Positions 11,361-23,009 of a stretch of DNA of 64,000 nt are shown here, in pieces. The stretch covers positions 4,350,845 through 4,414,844 of the forward strand of contig SMSO01000014.1 in the NCBI GenBank assembly GCA_004764695.1, written 5' to 3'. How positions within the stretch are numbered: the stretch's first letter is position 1; each line of letters begins with the position of its first letter. Source of the DNA: Schizochytrium sp. TIO01. Taxonomy: Eukaryota; Protista; Bigyra: Labyrinthulomycetes. A program made the translations under genes and the position numbers. Under the pieces are notes generated by a model. The model saw only the letters and a list, made by a program, of their open reading frames with translations. It ran no database searches and was not told the DNA's origin.

Positions 11361-14117
11361 TTACCAATTGAGCAAATGTCCATCATCAAGTACAAATATC
11401 TGCTCCTGATAAAAGTCAGGCAAAGTTGAGGCACGGAGGTGGAAGTCCTGAAGCTGCCTCGACAGACCCTCTCGTTCCTCCTGAAGACGCCGGCAAGTTT
11501 GTTGCAGCTGAGCTACTTCCACCTCCTGTACCAGGTCTCGAACAACTGCTTCTACTTCCACACGTGTTTCACTCGAAGCAACTTGACCTATTGCTTCTTC
11601 GAAATCTTGCCGCTCTAGCTCAGCAGCTGTGACGATTTTGTCGATATCGTCACGAAGCATATGGTTATCATCTTCAAGGTATTGGATGGCAGCTGCTGCT
11701 TCAGCTTGATCCTTTGCCATCTTAAGAAGAGCTGCGTCGTGTTCATCCCGAATTTTCTCTAGCTCTGAGCTTTTTTCTATCAACACGTCATGTACCTCTT
11801 GCAGTTGTTTCATTGCTACATTAGCTTCGGCTTCTGTGTTTGCCAAGCTCTTTTGGAGGTTTTCGCACTCTGATTGAAGAGCCGTGTGCTCAGTTTGTAA
11901 ATCGTCCAATGCGGAAGATTTCTCCTTTAAGGCTTGTTGAGAATTCTCCAATGCAACCTTTAGGTCTTCTGTTTGACGTATAAAATTCTCTACCTCGCGT
12001 TGCAACGTAGAGCATTGCTCAGTGAGTGTCGCCTTTTCAACTATGTGCTTCTCGCGATCTGCGGTAGCGGCCTTAGATACCGAATTTAATTCAGCACGCA
12101 CTTCACGGACCTCAGTGCGCTCCTCTTGCAGTTGCTCTTGAGATTTGTTCAATTGAGAGGTCAGGTCTCCTACTTCCCGCTTGGCACTTTCTAATTCAAC
12201 GCGCAATGTAGAGCTCTGTTCTTTTAGCTGAGAAATGTCAGAGGCGGCCTTTTCACGGTCTTTACTTGCAGTCTTGGAAAGTGTGTCCAAGTCGATCCTT
12301 GCAGCTTTCACCTCGTCTCGTTCTTTGGCAACGGAGTCATGCAAACTCTCTACCTGAGTATTCAATTGTACTATCTCTTTCTCTTTGTAGTCTAGCTGCG
12401 TGCGAAGTAGAGCGCCTTGCTCGCGTAATTCGGCGATAGTTTCAGATGCTTTGGCACGTTCGAGAGTTGCCTGTTGTTCCATGTCCTGAGCCTTTGCCTG
12501 CAGCTCTTCAACGCGGTTTCGTTCCTGCTCCAGCCGCTCGCTCGTCTCCTGCAGCTTGCGCGACGCATCACTGTATGCCTCCTTGGCTTCTTCAGTGCGT
12601 GCCTTACTGTCTTGAAGGGCAGTTTCTAAACCTGCTATGGAAGTCTCCATGGCTGTGAGCTTGGGGAGCAAAGTTTGAGACACAATCGGACCCACCAAAT
12701 GCGTTTTCATCACTTTATCTTGCTCTGGACCTAGAGTAGCATCATATGCCGTCCCAGCTGATAGAGCTTCCACATCTCTTGCATTCTCGGCAGTTAATTT
12801 TTCTGCACACGAGTCTTTGCTCCGAGACTCGCTCGCCATAGCCACACGCCGCCAGTAGTCCTCCATTATTGACTTTGACCGTTCGCGCAGTTTGTCCATG
12901 TAGGCTGCTTTGGCCGTGGTCTCAAGGGCCCCTGGTGCAAAGAAGAGGCGCATCGCAGCCTCCCTTGCAGATTCATGAACTTGCACAAACTCGAACCAGG
13001 ACGCAGGCGGAGTACCCCGTAGCATCGCTTCAAGAGCCTCAGTGTATTGCCTTTCAGCATCATCTAATGTCTCTGAGTAAGTTTGTTCGGCTACATATTC
13101 AAAGGTCTTTTTGATGTCAGGTACAGCGCCATCGTTGAGAGCAGTGAGACATGCTTCAAGAAATTTGCCAAGCATAGGTCCATCAAGAGATTGTCCGCTG
13201 AGTGACTTGGGTTTTGTCTTTTCTCGAATCAAATGAACTAAATCGTTAAGTTGCTGCACAAACTCGGGTCGGAGTTTGTCTTGACCTAGTTCAGCAAGAC
13301 GTTGCAAGTCTCGTTCATCCCAGACTGGCCGAACTAACGTACGACACTGACGGTTTCTGAATATTCTTCGAAGCTCTGCACGCTGTGCGTCTTGTTCTGG
13401 CCTACGTCCTCGTTCTTGAAGGGAGTCCTCAAAATATGCATTGGAATCATTGTTAAATTTTTCCAATGACAATGCAAAGTCTCGTAGAACCCAGCAGAGA
13501 CTAAAACCGATTTTGTTGCTCTTGCTAATGCGTTGTGCAAGTTTGCCTACCATGTAAAGTCGGTCGAGTGCAGATTCATCGATAACGCCGGTGCTGTTGT
13601 ACAGAAAATAAGACGATAGAAGAAGTCCCAGACAGAAGATCTTAGTATCATGCGTTTCGTCTTGATCCAAGCTTGCAAGACCCTCGCTATCAAGGACAAT
13701 CCAATCATTCACCACGCACATCCAAATTCCTCTCGTGCAGCTTTCTGTGGTGTTCCCAACCGGAAACCCACTGTTGCTGCCTTTGTCTACACCGTTCGAG
13801 TTTGCATGGTCTTGAGAACGCCCTCCTGTTTCATTTGAAGTGCTCTTAGTCTCATCTTCGTTGTTCAAAGCATCTAAGAGTTGGTTGAGCAGGAAGCTCT
13901 TGCCGCTCCTGTACAAACCTGCTACACAAACGCAGTGCAACTGCTGCCCTTTGAGGGCTGCAAGCATTTCTAGACCTTCACTACATACCTCGAGCCTCTT
14001 GACCCCTCCGGCTTCTACCTCACGCACTAGCTGCACCGCTTTTGAGGTTCCATTGGCCGCTGTATCCTCGCCACGGCGGTTGTACCCATGGTGATCCGCT
14101 CCACTCATGGCCACCAT
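11361..14117 (-). CDS. Guanylate-binding protein (GBP/atlastin-family large GTPase) with long C-terminal coiled coil
   Basis: 918 aa. G1 AGLYRSGKSFLLNQL, G2 region GNTTESCTRGIW, G3 LDSEGL, G4 WVLRDF and LRPEFVQQL are GBP hallmarks, followed by ~430 aa of E/K/Q-rich heptads. Confidence 0.93.
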   Translation of the reverse strand: MVAMSGADHHGYNRRGEDTAANGTSKAVQLVREVEAGGVKRLEVCSEGLEMLAALKGQQLHCVCVAGLYRSGKSFLLNQLLDALNNEDETKSTSNETGGRSQDHANSNGVDKGSNSGFPVGNTTESCTRGIWMCVVNDWIVLDSEGLASLDQDETHDTKIFCLGLLLSSYFLYNSTGVIDESALDRLYMVGKLAQRISKSNKIGFSLCWVLRDFALSLEKFNNDSNAYFEDSLQERGRRPEQDAQRAELRRIFRNRQCRTLVRPVWDERDLQRLAELGQDKLRPEFVQQLNDLVHLIREKTKPKSLSGQSLDGPMLGKFLEACLTALNDGAVPDIKKTFEYVAEQTYSETLDDAERQYTEALEAMLRGTPPASWFEFVQVHESAREAAMRLFFAPGALETTAKAAYMDKLRERSKSIMEDYWRRVAMASESRSKDSCAEKLTAENARDVEALSAGTAYDATLGPEQDKVMKTHLVGPIVSQTLLPKLTAMETSIAGLETALQDSKARTEEAKEAYSDASRKLQETSERLEQERNRVEELQAKAQDMEQQATLERAKASETIAELREQGALLRTQLDYKEKEIVQLNTQVESLHDSVAKERDEVKAARIDLDTLSKTASKDREKAASDISQLKEQSSTLRVELESAKREVGDLTSQLNKSQEQLQEERTEVREVRAELNSVSKAATADREKHIVEKATLTEQCSTLQREVENFIRQTEDLKVALENSQQALKEKSSALDDLQTEHTALQSECENLQKSLANTEAEANVAMKQLQEVHDVLIEKSSELEKIRDEHDAALLKMAKDQAEAAAAIQYLEDDNHMLRDDIDKIVTAAELERQDFEEAIGQVASSETRVEVEAVVRDLVQEVEVAQLQQTCRRLQEEREGLSRQLQDFHLRASTLPDFYQEQIFVLDDGHLLNW

Positions 14118-15852
14118 GTACAGTCTAGAATTGCCACCGACGGTCCCAAAACGATAGGTTCGCGCAGTAACCTCCCTTCTTTAGACTATGGCCTGCCAAA
14201 GTCTGGCCTTTAGATAGTAAGGTTTTCTCAAGAGCAAGGTACGAAGTTGCTCAAGGTTTGCAGAATTGGTTTCATTTCATTTCATTTCATCAAAATCAAA
14301 ACATTAAAAAAAAAAGGTACACTTGGTATCCTCTACTTTTTTATTATTACCAAGATTGGAATCGACTATCATTCATTCTTCAGAAGCACCAAACTAGGTA
14401 GAACCGCGTGCAGCAGCGAGCGTAGCTTAGTAACCAGTGAATCACCACCTTCAACCTGAACCTCGGAGAAAACCCTTCCCTAATCTACAATGCGATTGGA
14501 TGGAGCCCAGAGGGGGAAATGCTCCTTCACTTTCTTGTTCGTAGTAAGAAATTAAAATGGTCGCCTTTTTGATGAGGTACATAAATCTTATTTGAGGAAT
14601 GCTTGTATTCAATAGAGCGTAAAATGCACTGTGTAATTACCTGTGAAAAGCTTGAGCCCGAACTGCTGCAAACCATTTTCGGTTTGGAGACAGGCATCGT
14701 GCGCCATTTTTAAAGAATATCGTGCCGAAAGAGTGCCTGTAGGCCTGCTTCTAGATTTACAGAGTTCACGTGGTGTCGTTGTTGGTTGCCCTTGAACAGA
14801 AACAAACCAATGAAAACATTTGACCATTTTTTCTTAATTTTTGATAGTCAGTCATGCACTGCCATGTTTAGATTGTGAGACCATTCTAATAAATTTCACC
14901 TTTACCCTTTCGTTCCAGATTAGGCGGGAAATCGAAGTCAACAACAGCATACAATACGATTCAAGAGCTATGCTACTCTGCAGATTTAACAAAGGAGGGT
15001 GTGCATTTTTTGCGATTCCTGTCGTGGCGAATGGTCCACTGCATTCCATTGTGTTAGTTCGAAACACGCCAATGTCTTTCTGTTGTAGAACCTTACAATA
15101 AAACCGAAGTCAGGCTCATCATCAAGCTTTTGTCACAAATACGTCTGCATTTCTGCGTGCCTCAAAGTCCAAAAGCGCGTACTATAAGAACGTCCAGGAA
15201 GGATTCCACATCATAAATAAATCACCAATCGAGCCTCGGTACTCTTGACGGCGGCACGATATATCATCTCCCCGAGTCAAACTTCAACCAGTCAAACTTC
15301 GATCAAGGTCTCCTCAAGCCTCTATTCGTTCTCCAATAGCCAAATGTCACATGCCAGTCGGTCAGCGAGGCATCCTGGCAGGGCGAAGGATTGAAACCTC
15401 AAACTTCGTTTGGTTTCTTTCTCCAACATTGATGATTTAACTTAGCACAAAACCTTAAATTTTACATTGTCGCCTGAGCATCGCAATATCTGAATGAACA
15501 CAAACCTCAAAGTCAGAGGAACGAAAAGGAAAGAACGATTAAAAACGTTTTCAATTAAGAGTTAAAAATTAAAATCAATGATTTTCAATCTATAACAAAC
15601 AATCGATCCCTGGCGGGTAACTAGTGTGTGTTAGTAGTTTGCGGTAGATAGCCATCACAGTGCAGAAAACACGCGGTAGAAGTAAGTCATCACTGCGTGC
15701 AGAGCTCGAATCCCCCCTCTGCGCAGAAGGAGAGTCTGCATATTTCCTCTAGCTGAGCAGGCTCTGCAAAGACCGTGCTCTTGGCGCAACTTGTGTACTG
15801 TTTGTTTTGTGGCGCGGTTCGTAGGGACTTCTGACCCGTTTGACCATCCGTC

Positions 15853-17127
15853 ATGGAGTCCATGTCGAAGGTGGCGCTTGAAGGCGGTCTATCGCTGTCC
15901 TTTTGTGACGATGGCGTCTCCACCGACACGTCCCGCATGCAGGAAGAGACAGAGATCGAATGCTCGAGATTCTACGTGGATATTAAAAGCACGCCAGAAA
16001 CCTTCTTGAGCGGCATGCGTAGCATGGGACTTCTGCGTGGCGAGGATGACGAAGAAATTCATGTTCTCCGCGAGGAGACTGTTTCTTACCTTCGCAAGGG
16101 CCTCTCGATTCCTCTCGGCAGGTCATATGCAAGTCTTGATGCCTCGAGGCCTTGGCTTCTGTATTGGATGTTGCACGCTCTTGACCTGCTCGACGAGTTC
16201 CCAGATGATCTTGTGCCTGGAATTCGCAAGGCGCTCGTCGAATGTCGTGCCAAAGACGGTCTTGGCTTTGGCGGAAACTTTATGCAAGTAGGGCACACTG
16301 CTCCCACATATGCAGCTGTGCTCACAATGGTCATTTTGGATGATGATGAAGCATATGAAATGCTGGATCGCGACGCCATTTACAGATTTTTTATGTCGCT
16401 GAAGCACCCGAGTGGAGGCTTCCGCGTGCAACCAGATGGTGAGATTGATACTCGGGGCCTTTATACTGTCCTTGCAGTGGCCTCAATCCTCAATATTCTC
16501 ACCCCGGAACTCACGGAAGGCTGTGCGGATTTTGTTGCAGCATGTCAGACTTATGAGGGTGGCATTGGAGGAGAACCAGGAAATGAGGCACATGGAGGAT
16601 ACACCTTTTGTGGTGTGGCAGCACTGGCAATTCTTGATCGTCTTGATGCCATTAACATTGAGTCTTTTACCCACTGGATTTCCAGCCGCCAGATGCGCTA
16701 TGAAGGAGGCTTCCAAGGACGCACAAATAAACTTGTGGATGCATGCTATTCTTTCTGGCAGGGTGCCACACCTGCAATTTTGAGGGAGGCCTCAGAAAAG
16801 GGGCAACTTCCTGAGATCGACCTTGCCACTATGGATGGTCTTATTTATGATGAGGAACGCATGCAGCAGTACCTTATTCTATGTTGCCAGCAATTCCAAG
16901 GTGGTCTCCGCGACAAACCTTCCAAACACCGGGATCAGTACCATACCTGCTACGCACTAAGTGGACTTTCCGTGGCCCAGGTCTCGGGGACCAAAATTTG
17001 GGGAACCATGGAGAACAAACTTGTAGAGACTGACCCCGTGTACAATGTTCAGAAATCAAAGTTGCAGCGCGCTATGGCTCGATTTGCTGACCTCCCTGCG
17101 CCCTCCTTGGATGAACCTCTTGATTAG
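15853..17127 (+). CDS. FNTB: Protein farnesyltransferase beta subunit
   Basis: LDASRPWLLYW, GGFRVQPDGEIDTRG, EAHGGYTFC, GRTNKLVDACYSFW (Zn ligands D,C) and RDKPSKHRDQYHTCYALSGLS. Confidence 0.96.
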   Translation: MESMSKVALEGGLSLSFCDDGVSTDTSRMQEETEIECSRFYVDIKSTPETFLSGMRSMGLLRGEDDEEIHVLREETVSYLRKGLSIPLGRSYASLDASRPWLLYWMLHALDLLDEFPDDLVPGIRKALVECRAKDGLGFGGNFMQVGHTAPTYAAVLTMVILDDDEAYEMLDRDAIYRFFMSLKHPSGGFRVQPDGEIDTRGLYTVLAVASILNILTPELTEGCADFVAACQTYEGGIGGEPGNEAHGGYTFCGVAALAILDRLDAINIESFTHWISSRQMRYEGGFQGRTNKLVDACYSFWQGATPAILREASEKGQLPEIDLATMDGLIYDEERMQQYLILCCQQFQGGLRDKPSKHRDQYHTCYALSGLSVAQVSGTKIWGTMENKLVETDPVYNVQKSKLQRAMARFADLPAPSLDEPLD

Positions 17128-17872
17128 TTTCTTGAATATCATCTTTATACGTCACCTCATTTCACACTACACACATAAATACAACTCGCCTCCGGTTCTG
17201 CCAATTAGAAAACTAATTACATCAACTAAGAATTGACATTTCATGCCTGAAATTAACATAATATCTTTCTTTCTGCATTAATGCGATTCCTTCAAAATAT
17301 ATCAGAAAGGACTTGCATAAAAAAGATACAAACCTTCGGCAGTCCCGACAAAATACTGTGTTTCTGCCTTCATAGCGACCACTGTCAGCTACGCTGAATG
17401 CAACATTTTCTATTTAGATGTGAGGGACTGTAAACTACAAAATTGCTCGGAAGATTATGAAATGAAATGAGAGAGAGATGAAGCTTTCCGTCAAATTTGT
17501 GACTTTTCAAGTAGTGCAGTTTGTTTTTCAGATTTTTTTAATTTTGTTGGATTTTAGGAAAAATGAAAAAATTGCGACTGATGTGCAGCGTACACATAAT
17601 GAGTGAGCAGTAGAGAATTAACATAAAGAGCTATTGCCTGCGTTCAGCAGATACAAATTGCTCAAAGAAGACCCGAGTCAGCTATCGCCACGGGCTATGA
17701 ACCATATATAGTCCTTGTAATTTCGTCAAGCAAGGGGGGGCTTTATCGAAGGGTTGTATTACATTTTGCTATTATTACCTTCGACCATGAAGGTTCAATT
17801 CTACCTGCCACAACCACATACATGTTCAGCGACTCAAGCTATTTGAGACCTCAATGCAGAGCAAGTGTGCTC

Positions 17873-18907
17873 TTAATCCGCAAGAGACCTTCCCTCGCCA
17901 TGAAATGATGAGCCCTTGGTCTTTGATTTCCATTTACCTCTACGGGCAGTCGCGATTGGGGCAGCTGTGGGAGTTTCCGACGTTGCTCCCTCGCCGCCGG
18001 TAGAGCCAGCAGTGGTGGTACTAGCTTTACGCTTACCATCCACTCGCTGACCTGTGCCCGAGAAAGCAACATAAGATGCCTTCTGTGTCTCAAGCTCTTT
18101 CTTGCGAAGTTCACGAGCGCGGGCCAGCTGTGCGAGAAAGTCGGATGAGCGCTCGCTCGTTACACCTGCAGAGTCGCTGGTTCCAGTTGTTTGCCCATTG
18201 GAAGCAGATGACGAAGTGCCACTGGTTGCTCCAGTGCCTGTTGTAGCAGAGGATCCACCAGCATCCGGTGCAGGTGGGGGAGTCTTAGCAGATGGCTCCT
18301 CGTAGCCGGGCGGTGCTTCAAAATCAACTTTTACATCAGCCTCGACGATGGAGCAGGCATCCTTTGGCTTCACATCCACCACGTCCAAGTAATACTTTTT
18401 GCCATTGTACGGTAAGCAAATAGTGTCATCCTTGGTAACACATGAGAAGTTGCGAAGAGTGCTCTCTAAGACAGCTTTGGGGTTGGAAATATCCAAGAAG
18501 TCTACGGACTGCGGCCTAAACTTGATGAATTGTGCCAGAGGCAATGTGACATTCTTGATAGTTAAGTAGCCACCCTCCGGAACGAAAAGGTTTTGCATGA
18601 TCCAATACGGTACATAGCATCGTCCCTCTGGTGCAGTGAATTCTAGCACACCTACATGTGTGTGCGGGGTCTTCGCCGTTATATCCTCTAGTGACATATC
18701 TACGTGATTGGTATTGCGCAGCTCAAACTGCATCGGGTATGTAATAGTCATGTGCGCGAGAGTTTCAAAAGCAGACGTCGGCAAGATGATCTTATCACCA
18801 TTTTCTTTATCTTCCTTCCCATCAAACGACATTGGAAAGCACCGGTAGGTTTTTTCAAATGGCCCTTGCGGCATGCCATATCCAAAACCCATGTTGTGAA
18901 ACATCAT
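17873..18907 (-). CDS. UFD1: Ubiquitin fusion degradation protein 1 (Cdc48/p97 cofactor)
   Basis: GDKIILPTSA, YPMQFEL, THVGVLEFTAPEG, FLDISNPKAVLE..LRNFSC, VDFEAPPGY. SHP-box-like AFSGTGQRVDG and FHGEGRSL. Confidence 0.96.
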   Translation of the reverse strand: MMFHNMGFGYGMPQGPFEKTYRCFPMSFDGKEDKENGDKIILPTSAFETLAHMTITYPMQFELRNTNHVDMSLEDITAKTPHTHVGVLEFTAPEGRCYVPYWIMQNLFVPEGGYLTIKNVTLPLAQFIKFRPQSVDFLDISNPKAVLESTLRNFSCVTKDDTICLPYNGKKYYLDVVDVKPKDACSIVEADVKVDFEAPPGYEEPSAKTPPPAPDAGGSSATTGTGATSGTSSSASNGQTTGTSDSAGVTSERSSDFLAQLARARELRKKELETQKASYVAFSGTGQRVDGKRKASTTTAGSTGGEGATSETPTAAPIATARRGKWKSKTKGSSFHGEGRSLAD

Positions 18908-20123
18908 CGTGACTAGCGTGTATTATCCCTAAACTTTTCCTACAAAGCAGACAACAACAAAACCTGTAACTATTAAGCTATATATAGTATCGTGGAGTGG
19001 GTGACCTTGAACTTTGTCGTAACAATTCACGCCGCCCTCCCCTATCGTGCCTACGTTTCCCCTCGTGTTAGATAGATTCTGACTTGCGGATTTCTCGATG
19101 AATCGACAACTCGCCAGACTGGTGTGCCAAGAGAGTTAATTCTGATTGAGAACAAAACACGGAGAAGAATTGATCCAGGTCAATAAACTTTGGTCACCTC
19201 AGTAGCAGGATAGAAACCCGCGTGTAGACCTGCTGTCCGAGCGTGCTCCGGAGAATACTTTGCCGCAAGGCGGGGAACGAAAAGAAGGCGCGAAAGAAGC
19301 CAGAACATGTAGAACGAACATTTAGAATATTAGGAACAATTAGTACACTAAGAACATATGAAACAAAAGGTGTCTTGGTTTTTTCTGAAGATGCCTAATA
19401 CCCTTATTCTATTTCTTAGATTTGCCCATGAATTGACAAATTGGCCAAGGTGATATTCACGAGCGAATAAAAAATGACCGTATAGAGCCACTTGGTCCGC
19501 TTTAACTCAATATCAATACTCATGATAAGTCCACTCTTTAAGAATTCAAGCTTCACAGTTTACATTAGAGAGAGTTGTGTATGGCCTGTGCTTAATCACA
19601 ATTTGAGGGATCAATTTTAGCCGTCTACTAGGTTCCTCTACTTCAAGTCAAAGACTTTGTTTGAGGTCGAAATTGGGATGTGTGAATCCCATCATTTTAC
19701 ATACACAGCATTTCAATCTCAGGCTATTACATGTTCTTTCAAGGCTCTCTTTGAGTGTAGAAGGAATTTCACCACAACGTTTAGCTCCATTCTTGCATCA
19801 AGACACTCCCGTCAACAACTTCAACCCGTCTCCCAACCAATGCTCACTCCACATCGCTGTTCATGTTCGTCACAACAACCTAGCACTCTTGGTGGTAGGT
19901 AGGCAGCGCCAACGTTTATTGTTCACTTTCAATAGTGGAACAAATAATTTACAATAAGTGAAACAAAAATATACCCCAGTTACCCCAATCATACCCTATA
20001 GTACACAAGTCAACAATTCATTGAAGCCCAGATAGCAGGCGTTATTTGTTTGTTGCCATTAGATAGATGGACATTTCGTTGTGACACCAACTTCGTGGCA
20101 GAGCCCTTTCTTGGTCGCTCGCT

Positions 20124-22248
20124 ATGACGCCTTTCGACGCCACTGCTCTGGAGCGGCACCTCCATTCTGCGGACTCGAGCGTGGCGTCCATCCAGGCCGC
20201 TGCCCGTTGCATCACTTCGCAGCCGGGCTCCGCGGCTGCCGCTGCTGCTGCATGGGAACGGGATGCGGTGACTCAGCCATCAGGACGATGGCTCTTGTAC
20301 CTGTATGTAGCGAACGATGTCGTGCAGACCACGCTTCGAAAGCCTTCAGGCCCTGCTTTCAGGTCTGCTTTCCTCGGACCTCTGCTGCGAATGTGCGCCA
20401 AAACCCTTCGCGAAGGTGGCCCAACCCTCGCTCCAAAGGTCAAGCGTCTCGTGGATGTCTGGGATGAGCGCCAGGTTCTCGAGACTCAAGATATTCGCGA
20501 ATTTAGGCGTGTTCTTGACTCTCGTGGCGAGTATATGCCGCCTCAAGCATCTTCAAATTTGAGCACGAACTTCAGTTCAAGTTTTGATTCTAGGGCGGGT
20601 TCTTCGACTTCAGCAACCTTGAATTTGGACCCATCATCTTCGTTTTCGGGAGCGACGTCGGGTAAATCTGGTCAGGAAGGAGTATCCCCTGGAGGGTCTG
20701 GAGAAGATGTAGATATTGATGCGGAGGTCGAAAAGGCTGCGGCTACGGTGAAAGATGATTTTGAGGAAGAATTGGCATCTTCAGATGAGGAAGATGCAGC
20801 GGCAGACGCGCAAATCGATGACCCAGTCATGATCGCAGAAGAACTACAGAGGCTTATAGAGGACGATGCTGTAGATGCGAGCGGCCTGGATTTGGATGAT
20901 GACAGGTCACTTACTGACAAGGAGGCAGGATTCTTGTCCCTAGCGGAGACAGTAGAGTTTGAGACTGTTGGAGATACGCTTGCCATGGAAAAGGTTGAGA
21001 AACTTGCGGATATCCTGGAGAAATTGAAAAAGGCAATCGCTGGGGAGGCGGTGAATGAAGATAAGGATCCAGCAAAAGCCGATGATGAAAAATACGAGAC
21101 GGTGAAGGTTCAAGAGAAGCTGTCCATGGAGTTTGCCACTGCCAGAGCAGTTTTGGAGGCGGGACGCAAACGGACCAAATCCTCTAAAGACCGCAATAAG
21201 GAACTCGCATCTGCTTGTGAGACTGTCCTTGAGGATGGTGCAAGCTCCATGGATATGTTCAAAGGTACCTTGAGCAAGATGGACTCTGCACGCAAAGAAC
21301 TTCGAAGTCTCGCTAGAGTTGTTTTCCTTGAATCTAACCGTCGCAAGCGCAAGCGTATTTCCGAAGATCGCCGCAAGGAGCTTGAAGAAGAAGAACGCCA
21401 GCGTAAAGAAGCATTAAAAGCACATTCGGTATCATCTTCAAAGTTAGACATGGCTAGTCGCATGGAATCCCTTCTATCCTCTGTCAAGTCCAGCAGTGCT
21501 TTTAGTTCATCAGATGGCGCCTATCGAAGCAATACCGGTGCCCCGCCTTTGCTGCCACCCATTCCTCCTCCAGGGGCGCCCCCAAATGCTGCACCGACTA
21601 ATTATGGAAGCGTGCCAGGTGGACACGCTCCAGCTTCGCTCCCTCCTGTTCCTCCCCCTGGGGCACCACCCGCCGCAAATCACTACTCTTCGCTTCCGCC
21701 CATTCCTCCTCCTGGGGCGCCCCCTGCTGCGAATGCCTATGCTCCGGGACCACCCAACATGCCACCAATTGCACCCCCGGCTGGCCCTCCGCCGCCCCAG
21801 TCGTCATATGTGCCTCAGTCTGGGTTTCAGACTTCAAGCTTTGCAGGTTTACAACGTGCGATGGCTTCGGCTCGAGAAAATACAAACTCTGGCAGCTGTG
21901 GAAATGATAGCCAAGATTACAGACCTCAGATTCCTCCGCCCGGAGGACCGGCACCGTATCAACCGCTTCCGCCAATCCCACCTCCAAGTACTTACCCTCC
22001 TCCATCGTATGGGGACCATTATGGCAACGATGGCGATAACAATCAGCGTTACTACGATCAGCAAAACTATCAGGGTCACTACCAGCAGCAGCAACAACAA
22101 CAGCAGTACCATGGACAACGCCACAACAACCACCAACATCACCACCATAATAATAAGTATCGCAACAACAACAATAATAACAACTACCATCGCGGTGGCT
22201 ACAACAACCGGCGATCAAACAATGACCGAAACAACAACAACAATAGGC

Positions 22249-22293
<45 letters not shown>

Positions 22294-22331
22294 GAAACAA
22301 CAACAACGACAACAATTACTACAGCCGATAG
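20124..22331 (+). CDS. RNA Pol II CTD-interacting (CID) domain protein, RPRD1/Rtt103-like, with coiled coil, Pro-rich and N/Q-rich tail
   Basis: N-terminal SIQAAARC..AAAW..RWLLYLYVANDVVQ..KVKRLVDVWDERQV matches the CID pattern. It is followed by an acidic linker, coiled coil, PPIPPPGAPP repeats and a poly-Asn C-terminus. Confidence 0.85.
22229..22314 (+). repeat. Coding (AAC)n microsatellite encoding poly-Asn
   Basis: Long AAC runs at the 3' end of the CID gene. Confidence 0.95.
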
Positions 22332-23009
22332 CACTTTTGTTGAAGACAAGAACGACGTATTTACTGTGAACTTTTTAATTCTATGTGTTTTATGCTTACA
22401 TAGATGCATGCATCACTTTGGAAGATTGAGGGAGATACGGAGAGATAGAGAGAGACTTGTAGAAAGAGAAATGCATTTCATTTTCACAAGAAACTATTTA
22501 AACAGGATAAACAACAGGTGTTCGCGTGAGGCTACTTTCTCTTGGGCTTGGAAATAGGAAAATGACAGAAAGTAAAAAACTAAATCAAAGGAGAAGCACT
22601 GAGTCATCTTGAGGAAGCTTCTGCTCCATTCACATTAAAAAAAAATTATCTTATAATTATGCATTCTTAGATTTAGCTAGCGATGATCTTGTTTGTACGC
22701 TGTAATAATTTGTCTAGTTCCCTGGAGAGCGAACATGGAGACCAAAGAAATATTGAATATGGTTGATGTGACAAATGTTATAAAAGTTAGATTTTCTATG
22801 CGCTTCACCTCAATGCCTAAGGGGAATTTCAAGCAAGGGTGGCAAAAATATGAAGATTAGCTAAGAGCCACGTTTGTTTCTACAATACAGATGTGATTTG
22901 CAAAAAAAAACGACAGCTGAACATGACTTGACCTCGTGCGCAAACTATATAGTTTGAGCCATAAGAGGTGTGGGGTTTGGCCGATGTGTAACTTTACTTT
23001 TGGTTTCAT

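Noticed and set aside
15690-15726. TCGAATCCC resembling a tRNA T-loop
   Set aside because: Lacks GTTC and cannot form a cloverleaf; lies just upstream of FNTB.
11361-17127. GBP next to farnesyltransferase as an enzyme-substrate pair (animal GBP1 is farnesylated)
   Set aside because: This GBP ends ..DGHLLNW with no CaaX box, so the adjacency is probably coincidental.
21496-22557. 353-aa alternative-frame ORF with poly-Thr, and antisense poly-Val ORFs
   Set aside because: Off-frame readings of the Pro-rich and (AAC)n part of the CID gene.
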